A stretch of DNA of 64,000 bases, taken from the NCBI GenBank assembly GCA_963850305.1, contig CAWKKR010000001.1, positions 224,001 to 288,000 of the forward strand. Direction: 5' to 3'. Below are positions 20,238-29,388 of the stretch, piece by piece. The position numbers were made by a program, and so were the translations under genes. A model generated the notes under the pieces. It was not told the origin of the DNA and did no database searches. It saw only the letters and a list, made by a program, of their open reading frames with translations. The DNA is from an uncultured delta proteobacterium. GTDB taxonomy: Bacteria; Myxococcota_A; Polyangia; Polyangiales; Polyangiaceae. Each line of letters starts with the position of its first letter. Positions within the stretch are counted from its first letter, which is position 1.

Positions 20238-21493
20238 TCGTCGCTCCCGGCGGCAACCAGGGCGGGCAGGAGCATTTGCTCGACATCGGCGAGCGCGTTC
20301 TCCAGGAAGGCTGGCTCGTCGAACGCGATACCGTCCGCTCCCTCGCGCGCTTCCGCCGGCAGACGAGTACGCAGCTCGGCGAATTCCTGCGCGAACTCCG
20401 CTCGAACCTCGGGGTCCTGCCGCAGATCGCGAAGAGCGCGAGCGACTTGCCCGATCGCATCATCACGAGTGGCCAGCACCTCGACATCGAGCGGGGCTCG
20501 AGTGGCGAACGTCACACGCTCGAGCCAGATTTCGTCCGCGATTTCCGATGCCACGTTGCGAAGCTCCGATTCCCATCGGTCGGCGTCGGAAGAAAGCGCC
20601 GCGTGTGCACGGGTCGAGCCGTGCACGATGACCCGTGCGGCGAGGGTGCGACCGTCCGCTTCGCGAACCTCCCTCTCGATAGCCTCGCGAGCGATCTCGG
20701 TCACGTCCTCGGCGCTCGATACGGCGGAGGCGTCCACCTGGCAGACGCACCATCGAACCACATCGAGCGCACGCGGCTCGACAGCGGTTACGCGACCGTC
20801 CGTGACGTCGATCACGACGGCGCCCTTCGGCCCGGTCTCCCTCGCGTGCCGCCCCTGTAGATTGCCCGGGAACACGATATGCGGTCGCTCCATGAGAACC
20901 TCCCGGCGATGCACGTGGCCCAATGCGAAATAATCATAGCCACGCGAAGCCAGCGTCTCGAGTGAGCAAGGCGCGTAGTCCGCGTGTCCCGGTCGGCCCG
21001 TCACGGAGGTGTGCAGGAGCCCGACGTTGAACGCGCCGGCGATCGGCAGCGGATAGCGGCTCGCCAGATCGTCCTGTATGGAGCGATCGCGAAAGCTCTG
21101 TCCGTGGACCGCGACGCCCAGGTCGTCGAACACGCGTGTTTCCGGGGCGACGTGGTCGAGCTCGATCACGTGTTCCGGCAAGCGGAGGTATCGCGTGATC
21201 TGGCTGGCGGCGTCGTGGTTGCCTCTCACCAGAACGACGCGAGTGCCGATTTCGCGAAGCCGGCCGAGCGCGGAGGCGAAGAACAGCCCCGTCGAATAAT
21301 CCTTCCAATCGCCGTCGAAGATGTCGCCGGCGACGAGGAGCAGGCTCGCGCGCTCCTCGATGCAAAGGTCAATCAGGTTTTCGAATGCCCGACGCGTTGC
21401 GCCGCGGATGGCTTCGACCGGCGCGCCCGGATAGCGCTCGAGCCCCGCAAGTGGGCTATCCAGGTGGAGGTCCGCTGCATGGACGAGCTTCAC
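20234..21493 (-). CDS. YhaO/SbcD-like metallophosphoesterase (DNA repair exonuclease)
   Basis: AADLHLD, AGDIFD, RGNHD, LGHVH and PGNLQGRH. Confidence 0.92.
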   Translation of the reverse strand: MKLVHAADLHLDSPLAGLERYPGAPVEAIRGATRRAFENLIDLCIEERASLLLVAGDIFDGDWKDYSTGLFFASALGRLREIGTRVVLVRGNHDAASQITRYLRLPEHVIELDHVAPETRVFDDLGVAVHGQSFRDRSIQDDLASRYPLPIAGAFNVGLLHTSVTGRPGHADYAPCSLETLASRGYDYFALGHVHRREVLMERPHIVFPGNLQGRHARETGPKGAVVIDVTDGRVTAVEPRALDVVRWCVCQVDASAVSSAEDVTEIAREAIEREVREADGRTLAARVIVHGSTRAHAALSSDADRWESELRNVASEIADEIWLERVTFATRAPLDVEVLATRDDAIGQVARALRDLRQDPEVRAEFAQEFAELRTRLPAEAREGADGIAFDEPAFLENALADVEQMLLPALVAAGSDE

Positions 21494-21589
21494 GACTCGC
21501 GTTCATAGCATGGCCCGGAAGCTCGAAATTCGTGCGCAGATGAGCTGCGCTCCCCTCGTCATCCCGTGTAGGATCGACCGCCCTTCAGC

Positions 21590-23380
21590 GTGTTCCGGCC
21601 GATTTCTCAACGACTTTCATCACTCGTCGCCCGGGCATGGATGCTGCTCGAGTCGCGCTACCTGCCCCTTTTCGCGGCCGTCCTCGGGGCGGTGCTCACG
21701 AGCCCATCGATCTTCTCCGGGTTCGCGACGGAGGACTGGGTGCATCGGGATCTCGTCAAGCGCGGCGCGTTTTCGCTGCCCTATCACCTGAACATGTTCG
21801 GGCACGGGCTCGAGTGGACCCCGGCCGAAGTGGTGCGACGCAACACGGCCTACCAGCTCGACGGTTTCTTCCCGTGGGTCGCCGACAGGACCTTCGACAC
21901 CTCATTCTTCCGCCCGATCGCTTCGATCACGCATCAACTCGATTACCGCGAATGGCCGAATCTCCCGTGGCTCATGCACCTAGAGAGCATTCTCTGGTAC
22001 GCGGCCCTGGCCGCGGCCGTTGCGGTGCTGCACAGGCGTTTGGTTCCGGAGAGATGGGTCGCGGGCTTTGCGGCGCTCCTCTACGCCGCGGATGATGCTC
22101 ACGGGCATGCCGTCGGGTGGATCATCAACCGAAACGGCGTGATGGCAACGCTCTTCGCGGTGCTCGCCCTCGTGTCGTACGATCGCTTTCGTCGCGAGGG
22201 CTCGCGAGGCGCGGCGCTCCTCACGACGATCTATCTCGCACTCGGCTTATGCTCGGCCGAGTTCGCGCTATGCACGGTCGGCTATTTCGTCGCCTACGTG
22301 CTGTTCGTGGAAAGCGCGCCGCTCGGCCGGCGCCTGCTCGGTGCGATACCCTGGCTCGTTCCGCTCATCGGCTGGAGCGTCGCCTATCGCTTGCTGGGAC
22401 ACACGACGCACGGGTCCGGCCTTTACATCGACCCGGTCTCGGATCCCACCAGCTATGTCTTCGAACTCTTCGAGCGCGGGTCGGTTCTCTTGATGGGTCA
22501 ATTCGTGGCTCCGTTTTCGGATACATGGACGCGTTCCGGACCCTACCTGCAAGGACTCATCGTGTTCTGGGCGGCGATGGTGCTGTGGTTCATGGCTCGC
22601 GTTGCCTGGCCCGTCCTCTCGCGGAATCGCATGGCTCGTTTCTGGGCGGCGGGACTCGTACTGTCGCTGCCGCCAGCGTGCGCCACGTTCCCCGAGGATC
22701 GGCTGCTTTTTGCCTGCGGAATCGGCGCGTTTCCGCTCATCGCGATTTTTCTGGCCGAGACGGCAAGGGCCGCCGCCTCACGCGAGGTCTCGAAACCGAG
22801 ACTGGCGCTCGCGGGCGCATGGATACTCTTGCACGCCGTCGTCGCTCCGCTTTTGCTGCCATATCGGTCACTCCACATGTACCGTTATGATCGCGCGATC
22901 GAAGCGGCCGGCGACAGCGCGTTCGCGACCATCCGCGATCCGAAACGACAGTCCCTCATCGTCGTCAACGCAGAGAACTACTACTTCATCGGAATGATGC
23001 CGCTCATCCGGCTTTCGCGAGGACAACCGATCACTCCGCGCATGGTCGCGCTCGCCGGGTCGCTCGACCCGGTGACGCTGACACGCATCGACGACCGGCG
23101 AATCGAGGTCACGCCGAAGGACGGATTCCTGTCGCGCGAGTTCGATCGGATCTACCGGAGTCGCGAGCGGCCATTCACGCGAGGGAGCCTGGTCGATCTT
23201 CTGGGGGTGAAGATCACGGTTACCGAGGTAAATCAGTGGGGAGACCCCATGTCGGCGATCTTCGATTTCGCGCTGCCGCTCGAGAATCCGCGCTACCAAT
23301 GGGTCGTCTGGGAAAAGGGCCGGTACGAGCCGTTCGTCCTGCCCAAGATTGGCTCGAGCGTCGTGGTCAAGGGGTCCTGA
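21590..23380 (+). CDS. Polytopic membrane protein, GT-C-like (TMTC/PMT-like) glycosyltransferase candidate
   Basis: Many TM segments; acidic ED pair after TM1; FRP and W-x-x-NR motifs; soluble C-terminal domain. Confidence 0.55.
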   Translation: MFRPISQRLSSLVARAWMLLESRYLPLFAAVLGAVLTSPSIFSGFATEDWVHRDLVKRGAFSLPYHLNMFGHGLEWTPAEVVRRNTAYQLDGFFPWVADRTFDTSFFRPIASITHQLDYREWPNLPWLMHLESILWYAALAAAVAVLHRRLVPERWVAGFAALLYAADDAHGHAVGWIINRNGVMATLFAVLALVSYDRFRREGSRGAALLTTIYLALGLCSAEFALCTVGYFVAYVLFVESAPLGRRLLGAIPWLVPLIGWSVAYRLLGHTTHGSGLYIDPVSDPTSYVFELFERGSVLLMGQFVAPFSDTWTRSGPYLQGLIVFWAAMVLWFMARVAWPVLSRNRMARFWAAGLVLSLPPACATFPEDRLLFACGIGAFPLIAIFLAETARAAASREVSKPRLALAGAWILLHAVVAPLLLPYRSLHMYRYDRAIEAAGDSAFATIRDPKRQSLIVVNAENYYFIGMMPLIRLSRGQPITPRMVALAGSLDPVTLTRIDDRRIEVTPKDGFLSREFDRIYRSRERPFTRGSLVDLLGVKITVTEVNQWGDPMSAIFDFALPLENPRYQWVVWEKGRYEPFVLPKIGSSVVVKGS

Positions 23381-23389
23381 GCAACGTCG

Positions 23390-25282
23390 ATGGACAAGAC
23401 GACCCGATCCCCCCTCTCCGATCGGACGGATGAACGCCGCGCGCTGGTCCTGCTCGCCACGCTCTCTCTCCTCTATCTCACCTTTCTGTTTCTCTATGTC
23501 CCTCGACTGAACAACTACGTTCACAGCGATCGCGAGTTCACCGGCTGGGTGGGACCCATCGCGGAGCGATTCTTCAGGGGGCAGCGCCCATACACGGACT
23601 TCGTGCTCCCGATCCCGCCGGGTAGCTTCGTCCTGCTCGCCCTCATCCAGCGCGCCGCCGGCCGGGGGCTGCTCCTTCAGGAACTCTGGGTCGAGGCCTC
23701 GTGCGAGTGGCTGATGGGGCTCATCGCGTACGCGATTGCGAGGCAGTTCTCCACGCGAAAAGTCGGGTTACTCGTCGCCATGACGACGCTGGTTCTCGTC
23801 AGCCAATCTCCCAAGGAATGCGCGTACGACCAGACCTCGCTACTCGTTGCGTGGCTCGACATTCTCGTCGGAGCGCGTGCTCTCCTCTCCCCGGAAAACG
23901 CACGACGGACGCGTCTGTGGTTTCTCGCGGGCGTTCTCGCGACCTTCTCGCTCGTCTTCAAGCAAAGCACCGCAACGGGGTTGATCGCGGGATGGGGGCT
24001 GGCCTTCGCGTACTTGGTGGGCATCGAGGCGTGGCGCGCGCGCCCCCAAGGCGTCCGCCGTCGACTCTCCGACGCCACCTGGTGCGCGGCCGGCGGCGTC
24101 TTGGGCCTGGTTCTCGTCGCGCTCGTCGTCCTTTCCGTACATGCCTCGCTGGGTGCGTTCGTTCAAGCAGTGCTCCTCGACGGACCGGCCTTGAAGGGGG
24201 GCACATTTGCGCTCGTCCGGAACCTGTTCAACTTCACCGTTCGCAACGACGCGATCCGAAATACGATCGCACCTGCGACGATCGTTCTCGTCATCGGCTT
24301 CGGGATCGCGCGACGCCACGGCAGTCTTCACGTCGGCGACGACGGAGAACCGCGAGTCTCTCTCGGTCGAGGGTCCGTCGGTCTGCTCCTCGCGGCGATG
24401 ACGTTGACGTTTGGTTCTGCGATCGCGCTCCTGGCGGCCAATGTCCGCGCGCTTCAGCACGTGTTCTCCGCGGTCGTCGATACCCTCCGGAACGTGCCCG
24501 CGTACGGGTTCGTGTTCGCGATCGCCTTCTTCGCCGCACACGTCATCGAGCGTCACGCCGCGACGGAAGAGAGCCGCGCACGCGGCCATGCGCTCAACGC
24601 AATCCTTCTTTCCGCGGTGACGTGCTCGATGATCTACGACACGTCATTCATCCTCTTCTCGCCCTTTTACTACAACGAGCCCAGCATCCCCGTCGCGCTG
24701 CTCTGCCTGTTCATCGCGACCGAACGCTCGGGGCTGGTCTGGGCGACTCCCCTGGCGCTCGGTCTTTCGATGCTGCCGACGTTCGGCGTCAAGCTGAACC
24801 GCGCGCTCTCGGCGGACACGAGGGTCGACAGCGGTCAGTGGAGCGGCTTGCGCGTCAACTACCGTGGTCTCGAGATACTCCGCGCCGCGTCGCGAGCGCG
24901 GGAGCTGTCCGGGCCAGACGGCAGCGTGCTCGTGCTACCGGAGGACGTCGAGCTGGCGGGCCTCATCCACAGGCCGCGCCCACCGGTGAAGGGAGCCGTG
25001 CTCTTCGTCGACCAGTATCCGAAGAGGCTGCTCAAGGCGGATATCGCGACGCTCGACGCGCATTTGCCCGACGTGATCGTCATTCATCCGCGTCGTCCGG
25101 ACCAATGGCAAACCGTTTATCACACGTGGTCGCACGACAGCGCGGCGGAGCAGATGCTGAACCACGTGCTCGGAAAGCTGCTACCGCGGTATTATCGACT
25201 CGATAGCAGCTACCCGACGATCTACTTCTGGGATGAGGGTGAGATCGATGTCTACGCGCGGAAGGACGCCGCGCACTCGTGA
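23390..25282 (+). CDS. GT-C-like (ArnT/PMT-like) membrane protein, paralog A
   Basis: DRE after TM1, G-x-RPY-x-DF-x-x-P-x-PPG, KECAYD, FKQST; many TM segments. Confidence 0.6.
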   Translation: MDKTTRSPLSDRTDERRALVLLATLSLLYLTFLFLYVPRLNNYVHSDREFTGWVGPIAERFFRGQRPYTDFVLPIPPGSFVLLALIQRAAGRGLLLQELWVEASCEWLMGLIAYAIARQFSTRKVGLLVAMTTLVLVSQSPKECAYDQTSLLVAWLDILVGARALLSPENARRTRLWFLAGVLATFSLVFKQSTATGLIAGWGLAFAYLVGIEAWRARPQGVRRRLSDATWCAAGGVLGLVLVALVVLSVHASLGAFVQAVLLDGPALKGGTFALVRNLFNFTVRNDAIRNTIAPATIVLVIGFGIARRHGSLHVGDDGEPRVSLGRGSVGLLLAAMTLTFGSAIALLAANVRALQHVFSAVVDTLRNVPAYGFVFAIAFFAAHVIERHAATEESRARGHALNAILLSAVTCSMIYDTSFILFSPFYYNEPSIPVALLCLFIATERSGLVWATPLALGLSMLPTFGVKLNRALSADTRVDSGQWSGLRVNYRGLEILRAASRARELSGPDGSVLVLPEDVELAGLIHRPRPPVKGAVLFVDQYPKRLLKADIATLDAHLPDVIVIHPRRPDQWQTVYHTWSHDSAAEQMLNHVLGKLLPRYYRLDSSYPTIYFWDEGEIDVYARKDAAHS

Positions 25283-27249
25283 CGGGACGGGACGAGGCCG
25301 ATAACTCGGCCGAACAACGCGATCGCCGGACGGCGTGGGGGCTCCTCGCCCTGACGGGCGCGCTCTTCGTCGCGTTCAACGTCGTGTTTCTACCCCGGCT
25401 CACCAACGTGAACTTCGGCGACATCGAGTTCACCGGATGGAGCGGGCCGATGGGCTCGCGCCTGCTCCACGGAGATCGCCCCTACGTCGATTTCGTCCTC
25501 CCGATTCCGCCCGGCAGCTTTCTCGCGACGGCCCTGCTCGAGAAAATCGTCGGCCGACCGCTGTTGCTCGAGGAGCTGGGGCTGAATGCGGCCATCCACC
25601 TTGCCATGGGCGGCCTCGCGTACTTCATGGCGCGCGCCGTGACATCGCGCAAGATTGCCGTGCTGACCGCCATCGCGACGCTCGCCACGGTCATTCAGCT
25701 CAACAAGGAGTGCGCGTACGACCACACGGCTCAGGTCGTCGCGTGGCTCAGCATCGCGGCTGGGTTACATGCGCTTCTGTCGAGCGACCAGCGGGCGCGT
25801 TCGCGCGGGTGGGTCCTCGCCGGAGTTTTCGCGGCCCTCACGCTCGCCTTCAAGCAATCGACGGCCGTCGGGTGCGTCGGCGGGTGGTTTCTCGGGTTCG
25901 CTTACCTGGCAGGGATCGATCTCTGGTCGAAGAATCGTGGCGCTGCCCGTGCGTGGCTCGGCCCACTGTCGCATTACACGCGCGGTCTTGCCCTCGGTCT
26001 CGCGGGGGTCTGGCTCATGCTCGTGCTTCTCGGAAGCACCGTCCGTGCTTTTTTTCAGGCGGTGTTCGTCGACGCGTCGATGCTCAAGGGTGGCCCCAAG
26101 CTACTCGTCGAGAATCTGATTGTCTTCTTGTTCGACTATCCGGCTTTTCCCGCGTCCTTGCTGTTCCTCACTCTCTTCGTGCTCGTCGGTCTGCGGGTTT
26201 TCGCCGTGCGGGGCAGCCTGGGCATCGGAGACGAACCCATCCGAGCGAGTCTCTTCGAGCGCTGGGAGGTGGTCACCATCAGTGCCACCGTGACCCTCGG
26301 GTTCGGCGCGGGGATCTGGTTCCTGGTCGAGCGGAAGCACGCCTACCCGATCGACTGGGTTCTCGTCATCGACGGCTTGAAGGAACTTCCGTCCCTCGGC
26401 CTCGTGGCCACCGCGGCTGTCTTCGTTGCGCACCTCGTCCGCACTCGAGAGGTGGGCGCAGGCGCCAGGCACGATGAGATCGGCGTCGGCCACGCGCTGA
26501 ACGCGACCGTGCTCGCCGCCCTCGCCTGTTCGCTGATGCACAACACGTCGGCCCCCGAGTTTCGCCCCTACTACGACAACAACGCCATTATCCCGCTCAC
26601 GTTCCTGACGCTCTTCGTCGTCCTGGACCGAGCTCGGTTGAGCTACCTCAGCGCCGCGTTGCTCGTCGCCTTTCTCGGAAGCGCCGCAGGGAACAAGTAC
26701 TTCCGCGCAATGACCGCCACGATCCCGATGGGGCCGCGAGGGTATCTAGCCGGCATGCGGGTGAACGACCACGGCATCCAGATCGTTCACGCCGCCGATC
26801 GCGCTCGCGCGCTCTCGACCCCGAGCGACACCGTGCTCGTGCTGCCGGAGGATCTGGAAATCGAGTCGCTCATCGGGCGACCTCGGCCGGATCTGATGGG
26901 TGCTATCGTCTTCGTCGATCAGTACGCCCCGCGGCTCGCGCACGACGACATCGAGCGTCTCGACGAGCATCCGCCGAAGGTTATCGTGATTCACCCTCGG
27001 AAGATCATGGCGTGGCAACGCTTCTTTCGGATCTGGTCGGGCAAGAGCGGCGCCGAACGCGTCATCGACCACGTGCTGTTCCACATGATCCCGAGGGAGT
27101 ACAAGCTCGACTCCACTTACCCGACGACCTTTCTCTGGGAGCCTGGCCTCCTCGACGTCTACGTGCGGCTCGATCACCCGCGCAGCGAGGCTGACAGAGA
27201 GAAACCGATCGATGATTCCGGAGGCGATCCCGAAGGAGGGAGCGAGTGA
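25279..27249 (+). CDS. GT-C-like (ArnT/PMT-like) membrane protein, paralog B
   Basis: DIE after TM1, GDRPYVDFVLPIPPGSF, KECAYD, FKQST, VLVLPED and FVDQY shared with paralog A; GTGA overlap. Confidence 0.6.
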   Translation: MTGRDEADNSAEQRDRRTAWGLLALTGALFVAFNVVFLPRLTNVNFGDIEFTGWSGPMGSRLLHGDRPYVDFVLPIPPGSFLATALLEKIVGRPLLLEELGLNAAIHLAMGGLAYFMARAVTSRKIAVLTAIATLATVIQLNKECAYDHTAQVVAWLSIAAGLHALLSSDQRARSRGWVLAGVFAALTLAFKQSTAVGCVGGWFLGFAYLAGIDLWSKNRGAARAWLGPLSHYTRGLALGLAGVWLMLVLLGSTVRAFFQAVFVDASMLKGGPKLLVENLIVFLFDYPAFPASLLFLTLFVLVGLRVFAVRGSLGIGDEPIRASLFERWEVVTISATVTLGFGAGIWFLVERKHAYPIDWVLVIDGLKELPSLGLVATAAVFVAHLVRTREVGAGARHDEIGVGHALNATVLAALACSLMHNTSAPEFRPYYDNNAIIPLTFLTLFVVLDRARLSYLSAALLVAFLGSAAGNKYFRAMTATIPMGPRGYLAGMRVNDHGIQIVHAADRARALSTPSDTVLVLPEDLEIESLIGRPRPDLMGAIVFVDQYAPRLAHDDIERLDEHPPKVIVIHPRKIMAWQRFFRIWSGKSGAERVIDHVLFHMIPREYKLDSTYPTTFLWEPGLLDVYVRLDHPRSEADREKPIDDSGGDPEGGSE

Positions 27250-29156
27250 CCGGGGCCCCCGGCGTCGATACCCGGGACGAGCGACGCCTGACCGCGGTCG
27301 TGCTCGGCATCGGCGTCGTTTTGCACCTTGCGCTCCTGGCCTATTTCGCTCCGATCCGTCTGTGGTTCTCGGGGGCGCCGATCCACACGTTCGACTACGC
27401 GCTCCATGTCTATCAGGTCGACCGCGCCGTCACTGCGTTCCGGGAAACCGGGCACCTCTGGAGCTACGATCCGTTCGTACTCGCTGGACAGCCGGCAGGA
27501 GTCGTCGAGGACCTGACCAGCAAGAGCGTCGAGTTGTTCGTCATCGGCGCGTCCGCCCTCGGCATGAAGCGCTGGGTCGCGTTCAACTTCTACGTCCTGC
27601 TCATCCACCTGGGGATGCCTCTCGCCGGCTGGGTCTCGGCGCGCGCGTTCGGCCTCTCACGTTACGCGGCGGCGCTCACCGTGATGTTCTGGGTCGTGCT
27701 CTGGTATTTCGACTCGCTCCTCCACTGGTGCTGGTTCGTGGGCATGATTTCGTGGAGCGCGGCAAGCTACTCGATCGTGCTCGCGGTCGCATTGCTCTAT
27801 CGGGCGGGACGCTCTCATCGCACCGGGACGTACGTCGCGCTTGGAGCGGTCGCTGCAGCGGGGACCCTCATTCACCCATTCTCGGTGCTGGCGCTGCTCT
27901 GCCCGCTGGCGGCTCTGTATGCGAGAGATTTTCGCCGCTTCAGCGTCCGCGAACACGGGATGCTTGTGGCAGGTGTGATCGCGGCCGGGCTGACGACGCT
28001 CGTGTGGATTCGGCCCGCGCTGCGCTTTCGCCACGATATCGGAACGGTGGACGCCTTCCTCTGGCCGACCCTGCCGTACGCCTTCTTCGACTGGCTCGAT
28101 CTTCTGAAGGACGTACTCATGACGGGGCAGCCCGTTCGTGCCGGCTTTCGCATGATCGTGCTCGTGCTGGCGGCGATCGGCTTGATCGCCGGAAGGAAGC
28201 GTGGCGACGATCGTGTGCTGCCGTGGGGCGTTCTCATTTTCGGGTCGGTCGTGCTCTGCTACGCATCGAGTTATTCCGCTGCGCTCCGACAAACGCAGCC
28301 ATACAGGTACCTCTGTCCCGCGACGCTCGGCGCCGCGCTCGTGACCGCCAGCCTCGTCGCAGAACACGTGTCGTTGCGCGGCTTCCTCGCGCTCGGTCGC
28401 GACGCGAAGACGGCGCTCGTCCTGGGCGCGATCGCCGGAGTGCCCCATCTCGGTCGCACCGTCCTCGGGTATCTGCCGACGCTGTTGCCGTCGCGCCCGT
28501 CGGCGCGAACGGCGTTTCGCCCCGGACCGATCCCCGGAGTCTCGAATGAAGAGCTGCCTCTCGTCGTCATGGGCCACGACGGCCCACTCCCCGGCGCGCG
28601 TGCCATCGGCGACGCGCTGATGAGCTCTTCGATCCACGGGCGGGTGGCGGTGCTCGATTGGGTGCTGGGAGAGTATCTTTCGGTCTTCACTCCGCTGCCG
28701 ATTCTCGGGGGCATCCCTCAGCGCAACGTGCCGCAGGTTGCTGCGCACCCCTTGCGGCACGACCTGGTCCCGAAACGAGCCGGGGACGACCCCTTCGCGC
28801 GGTACCTCGACGAGTACGCGGTGGGAGCGTTCGTCACGTCCGGACCAGCCGGTCCGTTCGATGAGCGGCGCGATCTCCTGGCTCTGAAAGGAGTGTACGG
28901 AAATCACCGACTTTATCTCGTGAGAAAGCCACCCAGCTACTTCGCCGCCGGCTCCGGAACGATCACCCAGGCGCTCAATCTGTTGACCGTCGACAACGCG
29001 GCTGGCCACGACATCGTACTCCGGTTCCACTTTCTGGAGTCTCTCCGTTGCCGACCCGATTGCGACGTCGAGCGAGCGCCGGCAGACGACGATCCCGCGG
29101 GATTCATCCGCGTGCGGCACCCTCCCCGCACGTTCGAGATCTACAACGCGTATTGA
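27246..29156 (+). CDS. YfhO/PTPS-related-type membrane protein (GT-C-like)
   Basis: DY-x-x-H and WSYDP-x-x-x-AG-x-P N-terminal motifs, many TM segments, soluble C-terminus. Confidence 0.55.
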   Translation: MTGAPGVDTRDERRLTAVVLGIGVVLHLALLAYFAPIRLWFSGAPIHTFDYALHVYQVDRAVTAFRETGHLWSYDPFVLAGQPAGVVEDLTSKSVELFVIGASALGMKRWVAFNFYVLLIHLGMPLAGWVSARAFGLSRYAAALTVMFWVVLWYFDSLLHWCWFVGMISWSAASYSIVLAVALLYRAGRSHRTGTYVALGAVAAAGTLIHPFSVLALLCPLAALYARDFRRFSVREHGMLVAGVIAAGLTTLVWIRPALRFRHDIGTVDAFLWPTLPYAFFDWLDLLKDVLMTGQPVRAGFRMIVLVLAAIGLIAGRKRGDDRVLPWGVLIFGSVVLCYASSYSAALRQTQPYRYLCPATLGAALVTASLVAEHVSLRGFLALGRDAKTALVLGAIAGVPHLGRTVLGYLPTLLPSRPSARTAFRPGPIPGVSNEELPLVVMGHDGPLPGARAIGDALMSSSIHGRVAVLDWVLGEYLSVFTPLPILGGIPQRNVPQVAAHPLRHDLVPKRAGDDPFARYLDEYAVGAFVTSGPAGPFDERRDLLALKGVYGNHRLYLVRKPPSYFAAGSGTITQALNLLTVDNAAGHDIVLRFHFLESLRCRPDCDVERAPADDDPAGFIRVRHPPRTFEIYNAY

Positions 29157-29388
29157 AGGGTAGCGATGCTTCGGGGCCCTCGATGCCGAGCGGGCCTGGA
29201 CCGAGACTGACGCGGCGCGACCATCCGCGAGTGTCCGAAGGTTGCGCACATGCGCATGCGTGGTTCACCCGAAGACTCTGGAACGCCGTGGCGTCGACGA
29301 CGAGGCGAACGAACGCGGGGGGCACCATCTCGAGCTGGGTTCGCGTTGATTCGCGCGGCCGACGCGGCTACGTTTGCGAGAGTCCATC

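Noticed and set aside
29240..29262. TGCGCA/CATGCGCATG palindromes upstream of HMG-CoA synthase
   Set aside because: Too short to distinguish from chance
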